From Octopus bimaculoides (Eukaryota), in contig NC_068983.1 in NCBI RefSeq assembly GCF_001194135.2, positions 166,905,743-166,939,915 of the forward strand: 34,173 nt of DNA, read 5' to 3'. The notes under the pieces are model-generated. The model ran no database searches. It had not been told where the DNA came from and was given only the letters and a program-made list of their open reading frames with translations. The first letter of the stretch is position 1; every line of letters begins with the position of its first letter. Positions 13,189-24,088 of the stretch are shown here, piece by piece. Made by a program: the position numbers and the translations under genes.

Positions 13189-13485
13189 TGATAGACAATC
13201 AAGTAACTTTGCAATCAACAATAAACATCACTCATTCACACCATTCTGTTTGAATAATGTTCCTGTGGCCCCAACTGCCTTAGTCTCAGGAAATGGTAAC
13301 AGGGATTTGTTATGGTGGCTGATTATACCTCAGCCCTTTTAGTTAAGATATTCCTCCTGAAACACTTCACCTATGTTTTAAATGATTTAAAATTTAATGA
13401 TAAATTTAGTAAAATACCTTTGTCATTATTAATCTGGTGCTTGGAAAATACAAATTAAAATGAAAACAGAAAGCTTTTATCATAG

Positions 13486-13512
13486 NNNNNNNNNNNNNNN
13501 NNNNNNNNNNNN
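13486..13512. other. Assembly gap (a second gap lies at 2240-2249)
   Basis: Runs of n. Confidence 0.99.
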
Positions 13513-13855
13513 GGGTCAACGGCAGATGTGACAAGGGGATGAAAATGAAAGTAGACAAAAGAGGATGTTCAAGATAAGCTATGGCAATCGTAATATGTAT
13601 TTCAGAAGATAGGGAGTGATAAATGGAAGCACCGAAAGGAGAATGGTTATCCAGATAGGAATGGAAAGCAAAATGCTTCAACCATGAGATTTTATAAACA
13701 AAATTGGAAGATAATAAAGAGCCCCAGGGAGTTATTCCAACAACATACAACCACACTGTGTAACACAACCATACAAGGTGAAGCCAACACATACAACACT
13801 CTGTGGTACATGCGTAAAACAAGGAACCATATGAACCAATCACACATTCCAACTC

Positions 13856-15076
13856 TCAGGTCATTAAGAATGAAACGTCCAATTTTGAACTGAAAATCTA
13901 TTTTACTTTATCTCAACAAAAAGCAATGCAGTTAATCAAATTATCAACACAATTTTGCCATTTTATCGGTAGCTTATATATGCTGGCAGCGAAGAATTCT
14001 GGAGAGCAAGAGTTGATGAAATCATGAAGGGCTGTTTTTGCATCATCTTCAAATTTGAAGCTTTTCCTTGCAAAAAGTTGTCTAATGCCTGGTGAATATG
14101 GTGGATGACAGAGTACTTCCAAGTTCAGTTCCTGTAACTTGAGTAGCGTTCTTTGTGCAACATGTGGCCAAGCATTGTCTTACAAGAGAGACTGGCCTCT
14201 CTTGACCTTTCTTGGTTGTTTAATTGCAAATTCACTCATCATTTCATCCAATTGGTTGACGTATACATCTGCTGTAATTGACTTAGCAGGTCTCATGAAG
14301 CTGTAGTGGATGACACTAGCACTGGACCATCAAACAGACGCTATTAGCTTCTTTTTTGGATTGTGTTTTGGCACTTCGTCTCTATCCAACCATCAAGTAG
14401 AATGCTTGCTATTGTTGAAAAGAATCCATTTTTCATCACATGTAACAATACAATGCAAAAATGGTTCACTTTTATGCCGTCACAGCAAAGAACAGCAAGT
14501 TTCAAGACAACGTGTCATTTGATGCTCATTCAGTTCAGGTGTTAACCACTTGTCCAGCTTCTTTACCTTGTCGGTTTGTTTCAGATGGTCTAATACTGTT
14601 GGAATTGAAACATCAAACCTTGCTGCTAACTCATGCATAGTTTGAAATGTATCCACTTCCACTCAGTTTCCAGCTCACCATTATCCACCTTGGCCTCAGG
14701 TCTACCATGGGACTGAGTTTCAAGAGTAAAGTCACCAGACAGGAACTTCTCAAACCATCAACGTACAGTGCACTCATTCACCACATCTTCACCAAACATC
14801 TCACTGATGTTTCGAGCTCTTCTGAGATGCATTGGTTCCACGACAGAACTCATATTCATAAACAACACAAATTTTTTATCTATCCACAGGTTCACAAAAA
14901 TTAATTTACAAGAGAAAACTCACAATTTAATCAGACACCATGAATGGCATTTCAAAAAGTGATGATGTAACTCTTCAATGTTGTAAAACAAAGAATTGTC
15001 AGGATAAAACATTATAGTTAATGACAGTCAAACTTGATGCACAAGAAAATCAGACGTTTCCTTCTTAATGACCTGA
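13856..15076 (-). mobile_element. Mariner (Tc1/mariner) transposon relic with both TIRs
   Basis: 31-bp TIRs TCAGGTCATTAAGAATGAAACGTCCAATTTT (13856-13886) and the reverse complement of 15046-15076 match at 28/31. Transposase remnants read YEFCRGTNAS..TVR*WFEKFLSGDF..GRPETKVDN, ELAARFDVSIPTVLDHLKQ..KVKKLDKWLTPEL and HPPYSP...KWQNCVD. It has stops, frameshifts and an internal deletion, and the flanking TAs are mutated. Confidence 0.9.
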
Positions 15077-15231
15077 CACATCCATCATATTTCATAATAA
15101 ATTACAACTCTTTATTGTAAACTCTACCAATCAATAACCAGACGGGAACCACCACCATTGTGTTTGGTATGCTTGCAGCCCAGCGATGACACTACAATCA
15201 AAGTCTTCCCGATGAAGGCACTTGCCACTTT

Positions 15232-15324
15232 TGTCCAACTCATGATGTTGCCCATCTGTTGCGTTCTTTGCCAGCCTCTTCATCTTCCACCCTCCACTCT
15301 TCCTCCCATGATAATCTTCTCTAC
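15232..15324 (-). pseudogene. RTE-clade LINE ORF C-terminal fragment
   Basis: Translates as VEKIIMGGRVEGGR*RGWQRTQQMGNIMSWT, resembling the LEK.IM.G.VEG.RRRGRQR..W.D.I..WT end of RTE ORFs. Confidence 0.55.
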
Positions 15325-16240
15325 ACCTCTGTGTCTTCAGAGTGTTTTATGTAAGTGAGATTAATTTTTGAAGCATCCTCACACTTCAACAATGAAATAG
15401 AAATATGTTCTTCTGTTTTAAAAAAATTCAGTTTGATTGATCCAACAAGACTGAATTCTAAATTCAAAGAGTAAAACAACTTTGAAATTACAAACTGGAA
15501 ACCCTGCAGAACATACACAGAGTAAGAGAGCCAGCAGCATCCAAGAAAAACATTCTGAAGAGTAACATAAACAAAAATGCACTTGAAATAGCTGACTGAA
15601 GGAAAGCAAAAAGAAAACTCAAATACAACACAAAATAAAACTAAATAACAACAAACTAAACAGACAGGAAGAGAATCCAAGTATATCACTTATATATCGT
15701 CATTGTTGTCATCGTTTAATACCTATTTTTCCATGCTTGCACAGGTTGGACAGAATTTATTGAGAAAGATTTTCTACAACCAGATTCCCTTTCTGTTATC
15801 AAACCTCACTGATTTTCCAAGTAAGGAAATATTTCCCCATGGCCAGACATGTTTTGGCAAAATATTAGAAATGATACTGCTTGTACAACAGTGACTTTCA
15901 TTTATTACTATCGTACAATGTAAAGACAAAGAGGCATAAACACATACATGGTGGGCTTCCACATAGTTTCCCTCTGCCAAATCAATTTACAAAGTTCTAG
16001 TCAGGCCAAGGCTATAATAGAAGACATTTGCCCAAGCTGTCATGGAGTGGAACTGAACCCAAGCTCCCAACATACATAGGACTTGTGTGAAAAGTAGAAA
16101 CTCCATTTTCATGAACAGATAGTTGCTTGTTTTTACAACTAACATATTGAAATATTAATCAGTTCAATACAAAACTTCAAACTTTTCCTTGTATTCTACT
16201 AAAAAGTATTAACGAACCTTTCAGTTTAATGTTAAATTCT

Positions 16241-16396
16241 AGGAGTGGCTGTGTGGTAAGTAGCTTGCTTACCAACCACTTGATTCTGGGTTCAGTCCCA
16301 CTGCATGGCACCTTGGGCAAGTGTCTTCTACTATAGCCTTAGGCCGACCAAAACCGTGTGAGTGGATTTGGTAGAGAGAAACTGAAAGAAGCCCAT

Positions 16397-16433
<37 letters not shown>
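16241..16433 (+). mobile_element. tRNA-derived SINE (abundant family) with (TA)n tail
   Basis: A-box-like TGGCTGTGTGG (16246-16256), B-box-like GGTTCAGTCC (16289-16298) and body GGCACCTTGGGCAAGTGTCTTCTACTATAGCC. Related copies lie at about 1100-1190, 11590-11720, 15950-16070, 16960-17110, 18860-18980, 22540-22700, 25250-25410 and 29895-30040. Confidence 0.85.
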
Positions 16434-16438
<5 letters not shown>

Positions 16439-16479
16439 ATTAACTACCAACAAAAATAATTGGTAAGCTAACTCAATGT

Positions 16480-16690
16480 ATATGTTTGTGTGTCTGTTTT
16501 TTGTCCCTCACAACATCGCTTGATAACCGATGCTGATGTGTTTACGTCCCCGTAACTTAGAGGTTTGGCAAAAGAGACCGATAGAATAAGTACTAGGCTT
16601 ACTAAGAATAAGTTCTGGGGGTCAATTTGCACAACTAAAGGCAGTGCTCCAGCATGGCCACAGTCTAACGACTGAAATGAATAAAAGAAT
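16480..16690 (+). mobile_element. SINE-like dispersed repeat (CCGTAACTTAG.GGTT.GGCAAAAGAGACCGATAGAATAAG family)
   Basis: Homologous segments at about 580-790(+), 16740-16930(-), 21540-21750(+), 24320-24520(-) and 28740-28910(-). Confidence 0.75.
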
Positions 16691-17284
16691 ATATATATAA
16701 TTTAATGAGCACAGTTTCCATTAGATAATATTTATCTCTCACTGGATGGAGATTTATCTCTCATTAGACTGTGGTCATGCTGGGGCGCAACCTTAAAAGA
16801 TTTAGCCAAATACATCAACCCTAGTACTTATTTTTAAGCCTAGAACCTTTGGGACCCTTTGGCTGAACTGCTAAAAGGACATAAACAAGGCAACACCAGT
16901 TAAGTGCTGATGGGGAACAAACTCAAAAACATAAACACACACACACACATATATACATGACAGGCTTCTACACAGTTTTCATCCAAATCCACTCACAAGG
17001 CTTTGGTTGGCCTTGGGCTATAGTAGAAGACACTTGTCCAAGGTGCCATGCAGTGGGACTGAACTCAAAACCACATGGTCGCAAAGCAAGCTTCTTAACC
17101 TCACAGCTCTACCTTCATATGCTTATTATATTTAAACATGAAATGGGAGTTGCTCTCATCAATTTCTTGCTCTAACTTGAACCCTATTCTATCAATTAAT
17201 TTGGAAAATAAATAACTTGGTAAAACAGTTTTGTTGTTATTTAGTTGCTATTTGCAAAGTAAGGGCAGTTTCCTGTTACAACAA

Positions 17285-17585
17285 CAAGGGTTCCAGTTGA
17301 TCCAATCAACAGAACAACCTGCTGCTCCTGGAATTAATGTGCAAAATGGCTGAGCACTCCACAGATGCACGTATCCTTAACTTAGTTCTCAGGGGGATTC
17401 AGCATGACACAAAATGTGACAAAGCTGGTCCCTTGTGAATTACAGGTACAACTCATTTTTGCCAGCTGAGTGGACTGAAGCAATGTGAAATAAAGTTTCT
17501 TGCTCAAGGACACAATGCACCGACAGGAATTGAACTCACGACTTTACAATCGTGAGCCAAATACCGTTATACAGATTGCCAAGAC
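17285..17585 (-). mobile_element. tRNA-derived SINE
   Basis: B-box-like GAGTTCAATTCC on the minus strand near 17527-17538, with a body related to 6590-6900. Confidence 0.65.
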
Positions 17586-18577
17586 ATTGACCCTTGTCTT
17601 GTTTTCAATGTTTAGGAAATGGTTCACAGCACCAGGAACGAGTCATTATAAAGAAATTTGTGCAATCTATTTCAGCATCCAACAAATGATGGAAGACAAT
17701 GACAATTACGATGATGACAATGAATATTAAAGAACAAAAGACAAACCATTTAGTCTCTGTTTTGATGCCAACCAACCAGAGACCAACCTTGGCTCTTTGA
17801 GACAAACTCCTTGCTTTTAAAGTTACCTTAATCAAAACCCTTCCATCCAAATTCCATCTTAATTTACATTCCAAACATTAATGTATTAACGACAGTTATT
17901 TGGAGCAAATTCCTTATTTTCAAAATTAATTGAAACAAAAGGCAGTGGATTTAAGCAGAAATAAGGTAACAACAAGGTTAATCTTATGTGAAAAGGTTGA
18001 ATGTGTTAGCACACACACACAATGTCAGCTATACTTTAATAACTAATGCGATATTTTCATAATTTTCCTGCAAAAATTTGCTTGTAGACAAAATGAGCAA
18101 AATGAAATTTGAGATGCTTTTTTTTCTTTTCTTTTTTTATAACTTTTAAATGACAAACTGCGTAAGGAGTGCAATGCCTCTGTGTAATGCTGCTTAAAAC
18201 TGTTTCTCACGTTCTTCAATCAAAAGTCTGTTCTGATTTCCAAGTGAAAACAGAAGATTGATTTCATCGCATCTACGTTAAAACCAAATTAATATTCATT
18301 TGCTGCTAGCTTTGAAGAACGCATCTTTATTGGTTTGTGTTGGAACTTGGATCATACTAAATACTTTAAACCAGAGTCTGTATCTAGGTAACCATATCTT
18401 GATTGAAAACTCTTTAACTAATCATCATCGTCATCATCATCATCATTTAATGTCCACTTTTCTATGCTTGTATAAATCAGATGGAATTAGTTGATGCAGA
18501 TTTTCTATGGCTGGACGCCCTTCCTGCTGCCAACCCTCACCTGTTTTCCAAGGTATTATTTTTTCAAGGGCATCCTG

Positions 18578-18720
18578 GCGTTAGGAAGGGCATCCAGCTG
18601 TAGAAACTGCCAAATCAGATTGGAGCTTGGTGCAGCCATCTGGTTCACCAGTCCTCAGTCAAATCGTCCGACCCGTGCTAGCATGGAAAGCAGACGTTAA
18701 ACGATGATGATGATGATGAA
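18578..18720 (+). mobile_element. (ATG)n-tailed SINE/RTE-3'-end repeat
   Basis: GGCGTTAGGAAGGGCATCCAGCTGTAGAAAC...GCATGGAAAGCAGACGTTAAACGATGATGATGATG. Confidence 0.85.
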
Positions 18721-19200
18721 CAGAAATGTTTTCCACAGAAGACTGGAAATGAACAACACTGCTTGTAGAACAGTGAGGCTTGTTTACAACCCTCACCATT
18801 ATGGTGAGGGACAAACACACACACACGCACTTATGTGCTCATATACGCAATGAACTAATTTCCGAATCCATTCACCAAGGCTTTCGTTGGTTTGGGGTCA
18901 AGTAGAAGACATTCTCCAGACGTTCTGTACACTGAGACTGAACTTGAAACCTCACAATCAGGAAACAGGCTTCTTTACTGCACTGCCACATCTGGTACCA
19001 ATATACTAAGCTTACTTTATAGCACACGGGGATCAGACTTTCTTATATTAATTAGTCATAGTAATTAATCAAGTTGAATTAGTCAAAGCATCAGCCTTAT
19101 TTAACATTAACTCCTGTGATCTTTAATCTAACTTATTCACTTGAATCAGGATAAAGTTTTCTCTCTCTCCATGTCATGCATTTCTATAATTAAAACCTAA

Positions 19201-19403
19201 TTAACCCTTTGGGCTGTCAGATTATCCTGGCAAATCTAATGCTTGTTTATTCACATAGTAGCTTTGAGATTTCAGTGATGTGATTGTTTATTTTCAGAAT
19301 AACATTATAGGATAGGTGTGAGAGGCTGGATCTAGCCAGTTTGAACATAAAACAGCGAGAATATTTGGGCTGGATATGGCTGATTTAGATACTAAAGAAT
19401 TAA
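19201..19403. mobile_element. piggyBac-like MITE (TTAA-flanked), degenerate
   Basis: Starts TTAA|CCCTTT (19201) and ends AAAGAA|TTAA (19403), an imperfect inverted match. About 200 bp long and non-coding. Confidence 0.5.
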
Positions 19404-19508
19404 AATAGGAATTTAATGATCAATTCAAGGAAGGAAATCTTAAAATGCAATAAACTGTGTTGACATTCCAGGAATAGAAAATGGTAAAACGTATTCTTCA
19501 GTACTCAC

Positions 19509-19719
19509 CATACATTTTCCCTTCATCTGACAAAATAATTTTTCTTCGACCACAGGGAGGGTAAATAGCCAAAGCTTCCTGGAAACTCTGTTCAATGTCC
19601 GGACTCCATACACCTTCTGCATCATTGGACAAATCCTCGGATACATTATCGGAATTGTTGTTGTTTGTGGCTGGATTACTTGCATTGCTCTCCCCGCTGT
19701 GATTCCAGCTGGATGACAT
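19509..19719 (-). CDS. TEAD: TEAD/scalloped (TEF-1) transcription factor coding exon: N-terminus and first part of the TEA DNA-binding domain
   Basis: Translates as [71 protein letters not shown]. The [40 protein letters not shown] stretch is the hallmark TEA-domain sequence. Acceptor TTTTGATATTTTCCAG|AATATG (exon starts at 19722) and phase-1 donor TATG|GTGAGT (intron starts at 19508). The EY* ending in the ORF track is intronic read-through. Confidence 0.97.
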
Positions 19720-20654
19720 ATTCTGGAAAATATCAAAATTCCTTAATTTTACGTTTCAGCAAAATTTGTAATTAAATATATTTGGGATTAAAAAGTATCA
19801 ATGGCTCATGTCTTTCAGTGTTTCTGGTGGGTTAGAAATAACTTCAGAGAAATCTACAACAGCCCCACCATCACCATCATTTAACATTCATCTTCTACAT
19901 TGGCATGAAAGATGGACAATTTGACAGTAACCAAAGAGCAGGAGGATAGCATTCTGCCTCAGTATCACTTTTGGCATGGTCTCTACTGCTGGATGCCCTT
20001 CTTAACACCTATGACTTTACAGGGTGTATTTTATTGTGGCACCAACACCAGTGAGGTCATCAAGTATCTCACAAGACAAAGGAAAGGTGTCCTTGACAGC
20101 GTAAAGGGAAGGGTGGCTTTATGTCAGGTGCTGAGAAGCTAAAGTATGATAAAGGGACAGGCACAGGTGTTTTACTAAAGAGGACATGCATAGCGACTCC
20201 ACCTTATATAAGGGCGGGATGGGATTAGCTGGAAAGAAGACAATGATGGGGTGATGAGGTGTCAGAGTTTATACAAAGATGGGAAGTAAAAGAGAGAATA
20301 CAAAGAATCGTGAAGCAAGTTGATAAGATTGTGAGAGGAGCGTGACAGGTGGTTAGAGGGGGATTTGGGGAATGGAAAAGGGGGAAGGGTCTGTGTGTGT
20401 GGTTCCATTTACAACAATCATTATTCAATAACCTAAAATGCTGAAAGGAAGATTAAACACTGAAGTAAGTAGACTGTCTTCCTCTAGAATAAGCTGAGTG
20501 AAGTTTATAGATGAACACTTTTAATAGCAACCTGTCTCTATGGAAGTGTTCAGATTTTAAATTCAAATCTCAAATCAGCTGCTTCAGATAATAAGTTACT
20601 ATAATAAGTTCAAGATGGTTTGTACCATTAATATTACCATTATAGAAAAGCAGT

Positions 20655-20880
20655 GAGCTGGCAGAATTGTTAGCATGCCAGGCAAAATGCTTAGTGGTAT
20701 TTCATCTGCCAGTGTTTCGTTCTGAGTTCAAATTCTGCTGAGGTTGACTTTGCCTTTCATTCTTTTGGGGGTCAAATAAATAAGTATCAGTTACGCACTG
20801 GGGTCGATGTAATTGACTTAATCCCTTTGTCTGTCCTTGTTTGTCTCCTCTATGTTTAGCCCCCTCCCCATGGGCAATAA
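20655..20880 (+). mobile_element. tRNA-derived SINE
   Basis: GAGCTGGCAGAATTGTTAGC head, B-box-like GAGTTCAAATTC, and TTGCCTTTCAT body. Same family as 8600-8810. Confidence 0.75.
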
Positions 20881-21029
20881 AGAAATAAATATTACCATTA
20901 TAGAGATAGGTACAGGTGTGGCTGTGCAGTAAGAAGTTTGCATCGAAAATTTTTTTCTTTTGCCCTCATTTATAATTATATATATACATATATATATAAT
21001 CGAAATTGAACCAAATTCGATGACTGGCA

Positions 21030-21287
21030 CCCGTGCCAGTGGAGCACTAACAGCACCATCTGAGCAGGATCACTGCCAGAGCAGCTGCCTGACTTCTGTG
21101 CCAGTGGCACGTAAAAGCACCCACTACACTCTCGGAGTGGTTGGCGTTAGGAAGGGCATCCAGCTGTAGAAACTCTGCCAGATCAGAATGGAGCCTGGTG
21201 TAGCCATCTGGTTTGCCGGTCCTCAGTGAAATCATCCAACCCATGCCAGCATGGAAAGCGGATGTTAAACGATGATGATGATGATGA
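21030..21287 (+). mobile_element. (ATG)n-tailed SINE/RTE-3'-end repeat
   Basis: Family body ending GGAAAGCGGATGTTAAACGATGATGATGATGATG. Its 5' part is the reverse complement of the segment at 4870-4915. Confidence 0.85.
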
Positions 21288-22130
21288 TATATATATCTGT
21301 CACCTTTGCCTTGACTTTGTGTGATAGCTGCAAACGAGTATGTCACCTTAATGCAAATGATGTTGACTAGAAGTAATATTACCTTAATTAGAAACAGGTG
21401 AGAGTTGGCAACAGAAGGGCAGCCAGGTGTGGAAAAATCTGCCTCAACAATTTTCGTCCAAGTCATTCAAGCATAGAAAGGTTAAAATGTGGGTGAAGAG
21501 GAGGAGGTCATGATGATGATGATGATGATATATGTGTATAAGTATGTATCTTTGTCACCCACCACCCCTTGATAACTGGTGTTGGTGTGTTCATGTTCCC
21601 TTAACTTAGCGGTTCAGCAAAAAAAGACTGATAGAATAAATGGCAGACTTAAAAATAACCTAAGTCCTGGGGTCAATTTGCTTGCCTAAAACCTTTCAAG
21701 GCAGTGCCCCAGCATGGCCACAACCCAATGACCGAAACAAGCAAAACATAAAAAATAAAAACAAATAAATAAAATATGAACACTATTTGTAAACGTTGGA
21801 CAATAATAAAAACCATTTGGTGTACTTGTAAAGAAAATCAGGTGAGATAAAAGTTGAACACCCCACCCCACTCTCTTGCTCTCTCTGATCTACTTTTATT
21901 TATCAGTCCATTCTTTCAGATCAAACCATAACGACCTCGTACTTACTACAACTAACAAACATCAACTGATGACCCATTTAAAACATACAAACACCAACAC
22001 TAAAGAGGTTTACTAAGAAAACATAAGAAACTAAACAGCTGAGAACATCTCCTGAGGTGGGCAGGTGTAGAAGGTGTGTGGGTTCTCGGCACAACTTGTG
22101 TTGTGGCAACTAATACAGACAACATAACTC

Positions 22131-22288
22131 TTCTGCCAATACAGAATCCTTGAGTTCAAGTGGCAGGACAGAACCTGCAACAGGGACATGTTTATCTGGG
22201 TGAACATCACTTTTATGTTCACCAACCACAATGGCTTAGTTATGTCCTTTACGTAAATGATGGTTGTATTCCAAAAGACCTCCTTTGG
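22131..22288 (+). pseudogene. RTE-clade LINE ORF fragment
   Basis: Reads FCQYRILEFKWQDRTCNRDMF..., then after a frameshift QWLSYVLYVNDGCIPKDLL, resembling RRIL.IKWQDR.PN and RWLGHV.RMDDGRIPKDLLYG. Confidence 0.55.
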
Positions 22289-23569
22289 CTCAAGAAGTAA
22301 TGGACTCACACACACACCCTAGTCACAAAGCCTTTAACATTAACTCTTAACACTTCAGAATCAGATGCAGTTAACGGGATTCTATGGAAACAGCAAATGC
22401 CCATGGCAGGTTAAGAATGAAAAAACAGAACCCTTCCACCTAAGGTCGGGAACACTAAAGCTAACAAAAGGAAATTACAAGATCTTTACAAGGAAAAGAA
22501 ACATTCCTACCAGGAGGCAACAGCCTTTATATATCAGATCGGCAAGGAGTGGCTATGGGCATAGGCATTGCTTTCAAATACATGGTTTCAGGTTCAGTCC
22601 CACTGTGTGACACCTTTTGCAAATGTCTTGTGTAGCCTCCAGTCCATCAAAGTTTCGTGAATGGATTTGGCAGATGGAAACTGAAAGAACACCATTGTAT
22701 TTCAATGCATGTGGAGGTCTCCTTATCTTGACACGTGATAGTAGTAAACGAGTGCCTCTGTTATACAAGCAGTGTCATTCATTTCCAGTATTCTAGAAAA
22801 CCATGTCTAGCCATGAGAAAGTATTTTAATTACAAGCAGGTGAGGATTGGGGACAGAAAAGGTATCCTGCCATAAAAAAAAAAATCTACCTCAAGAAATT
22901 CAGTCTGACCCATTCCAGCACAGAAAAGCAGATGTTAAAACAATAACCATGATGTTGATGATGATGATTGGCAAGCAAGTCAAGGATTACATTTCACAGC
23001 CTTTTCAAAAGCTACACTTTATAATCCTTTCTTGGCAGGTGCTCTCCAACGTCTGCCAGGCTAATGGAAGCTACAACAATACAATACCTTTACACATAAA
23101 CACATGTCGTCAAGATTATGTTACTTTCGGAAGTCATAACGAAGTCTTCAGCATATCACAAATCTAAATCACAGGGCAGCCAAGTAGGACGAATACTTCA
23201 CTTCACTTCCTTTGCAGATATATATCTGGATATTTGATCTCTAAACTGTGACAGTCGAATCTCAGATGATTACAATAACAGGATAATTGAAGAGTAGTAA
23301 AAGGATTTAACAAGTCCAAAATAACTTGTCTGAATAAAGACATCCTAATTGATAAGAAAGGAGATTTTATAGGCAATCCCAAAATGGTTGCAAAAAGTTA
23401 AGAAAAGAATAGGTTCTTTGAGAACAGGAGATTAACGTTTCCATTTCCATTATGGCTCTTGTTTCATTTCATTTGGATGTCATTATTATTAACCCTTTTG
23501 TTACCATATTCCTATTGAAAGATACTATGTTTGTTTCAATTCATTTTGAGAAAGAGTTTAATAAAATAA

Positions 23570-24088
23570 AAATATTCCATTTCTAAATCTCTCAGAGAGA
23601 TTTATACATTAGCAGCACAATATAGTTGATAGTTTGTTGTCAACTTAATGTGACAGTCCCATGAAAGGGAAGAATGCTACTGTTATTTAGCCCCAGGAAA
23701 CACCGTTTCCAGTTGGCCATGACACATTTTCTATGTCCTTATGTTTTCAAACAGGGGAGATAAGCACCTGCACCCAGCAAAGCCAGCATCCAGAGACTAG
23801 TTTCAGAGTCATTGCTCATCATCAGTCTGGAGTAGCATGGCTTGCTAAGCTGTCGATGCCTATTCGCCATTCACTGAAAATAGAAATAATACATTTCTAA
23901 ATCTCTGAGAGAGATTTATACAGTAGCAGCATGATAAAGTGATGGTTTGTTGTCAACTTAATGTGGAAGTCTTAGGAAAGGGGAGAATGCTACTGCTATT
24001 TAGAAAATGTGTCATGGCCAACTGGAAACGGTGTTTCCTGGGGCTAAGTAGCAGTAGCATTTTCCCCTTTCATGGGACTGTCACTTTC
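23570..24088 (-). mobile_element. Non-autonomous Penelope-type (pLTR-like) element with hammerhead ribozyme, direct repeats and an inverted terminal segment
   Basis: Direct repeats 23578-23690 and 23892-24003 (about 88% by eye). Inverted repeat 23650-23733 and 24001-24084 (80/84). Candidate TSD ATAAAATAA at 23561-23569 and 24089-24097, with the host repeat continuing across the insertion. Confidence 0.7.
23789..23831 (-). ncRNA. Minimal type I hammerhead ribozyme (GUC cleavage, between 23795 and 23794)
   Basis: TCCAGA-CTGATGA-T-GAG-caatga-CTC-T-GAAA-C-TA-GTC-TCTGGA. It has a 6-bp perfect stem I, extendable through GCAAGCCA/TGGCTTTGC, intact cores CUGAUGA and GAAA, and palindromic stem III ACTAGT. 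A U-U opposition lies at the base of stem II. Confidence 0.8.

Noticed and set aside
15555-15595. CTGAAGA...GAAA as a third hammerhead
   Set aside because: No credible stem II, stem III or NUH with a stem I partner.
1-19508. Next TEAD exon (GRNELIARYIKLRTGKTRTRKQ)
   Set aside because: I scanned by eye for reverse-complement N-E-L and Y-I-K codon patterns and found none in context. It probably lies beyond the left end of the window (or in a gap). A tblastn search would settle it.
19481-19511. Hairpin covering the TEAD 5' splice site (ATGGTGA/TTACCAT), with CTGAAGA in the loop
   Set aside because: Only 7-8 bp including wobble pairs, which is expected by chance. No GAAA partner exists for a hammerhead.
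19576-19584. TTCCTGGAA STAT-type site inside the exon
   Set aside because: Explained by the codons for the invariant F-Q-E residues.
19440-19736. 98-aa ORF overlapping the TEAD exon in another frame
   Set aside because: It is a shadow of the conserved frame, crosses both splice sites and has no homology signal.
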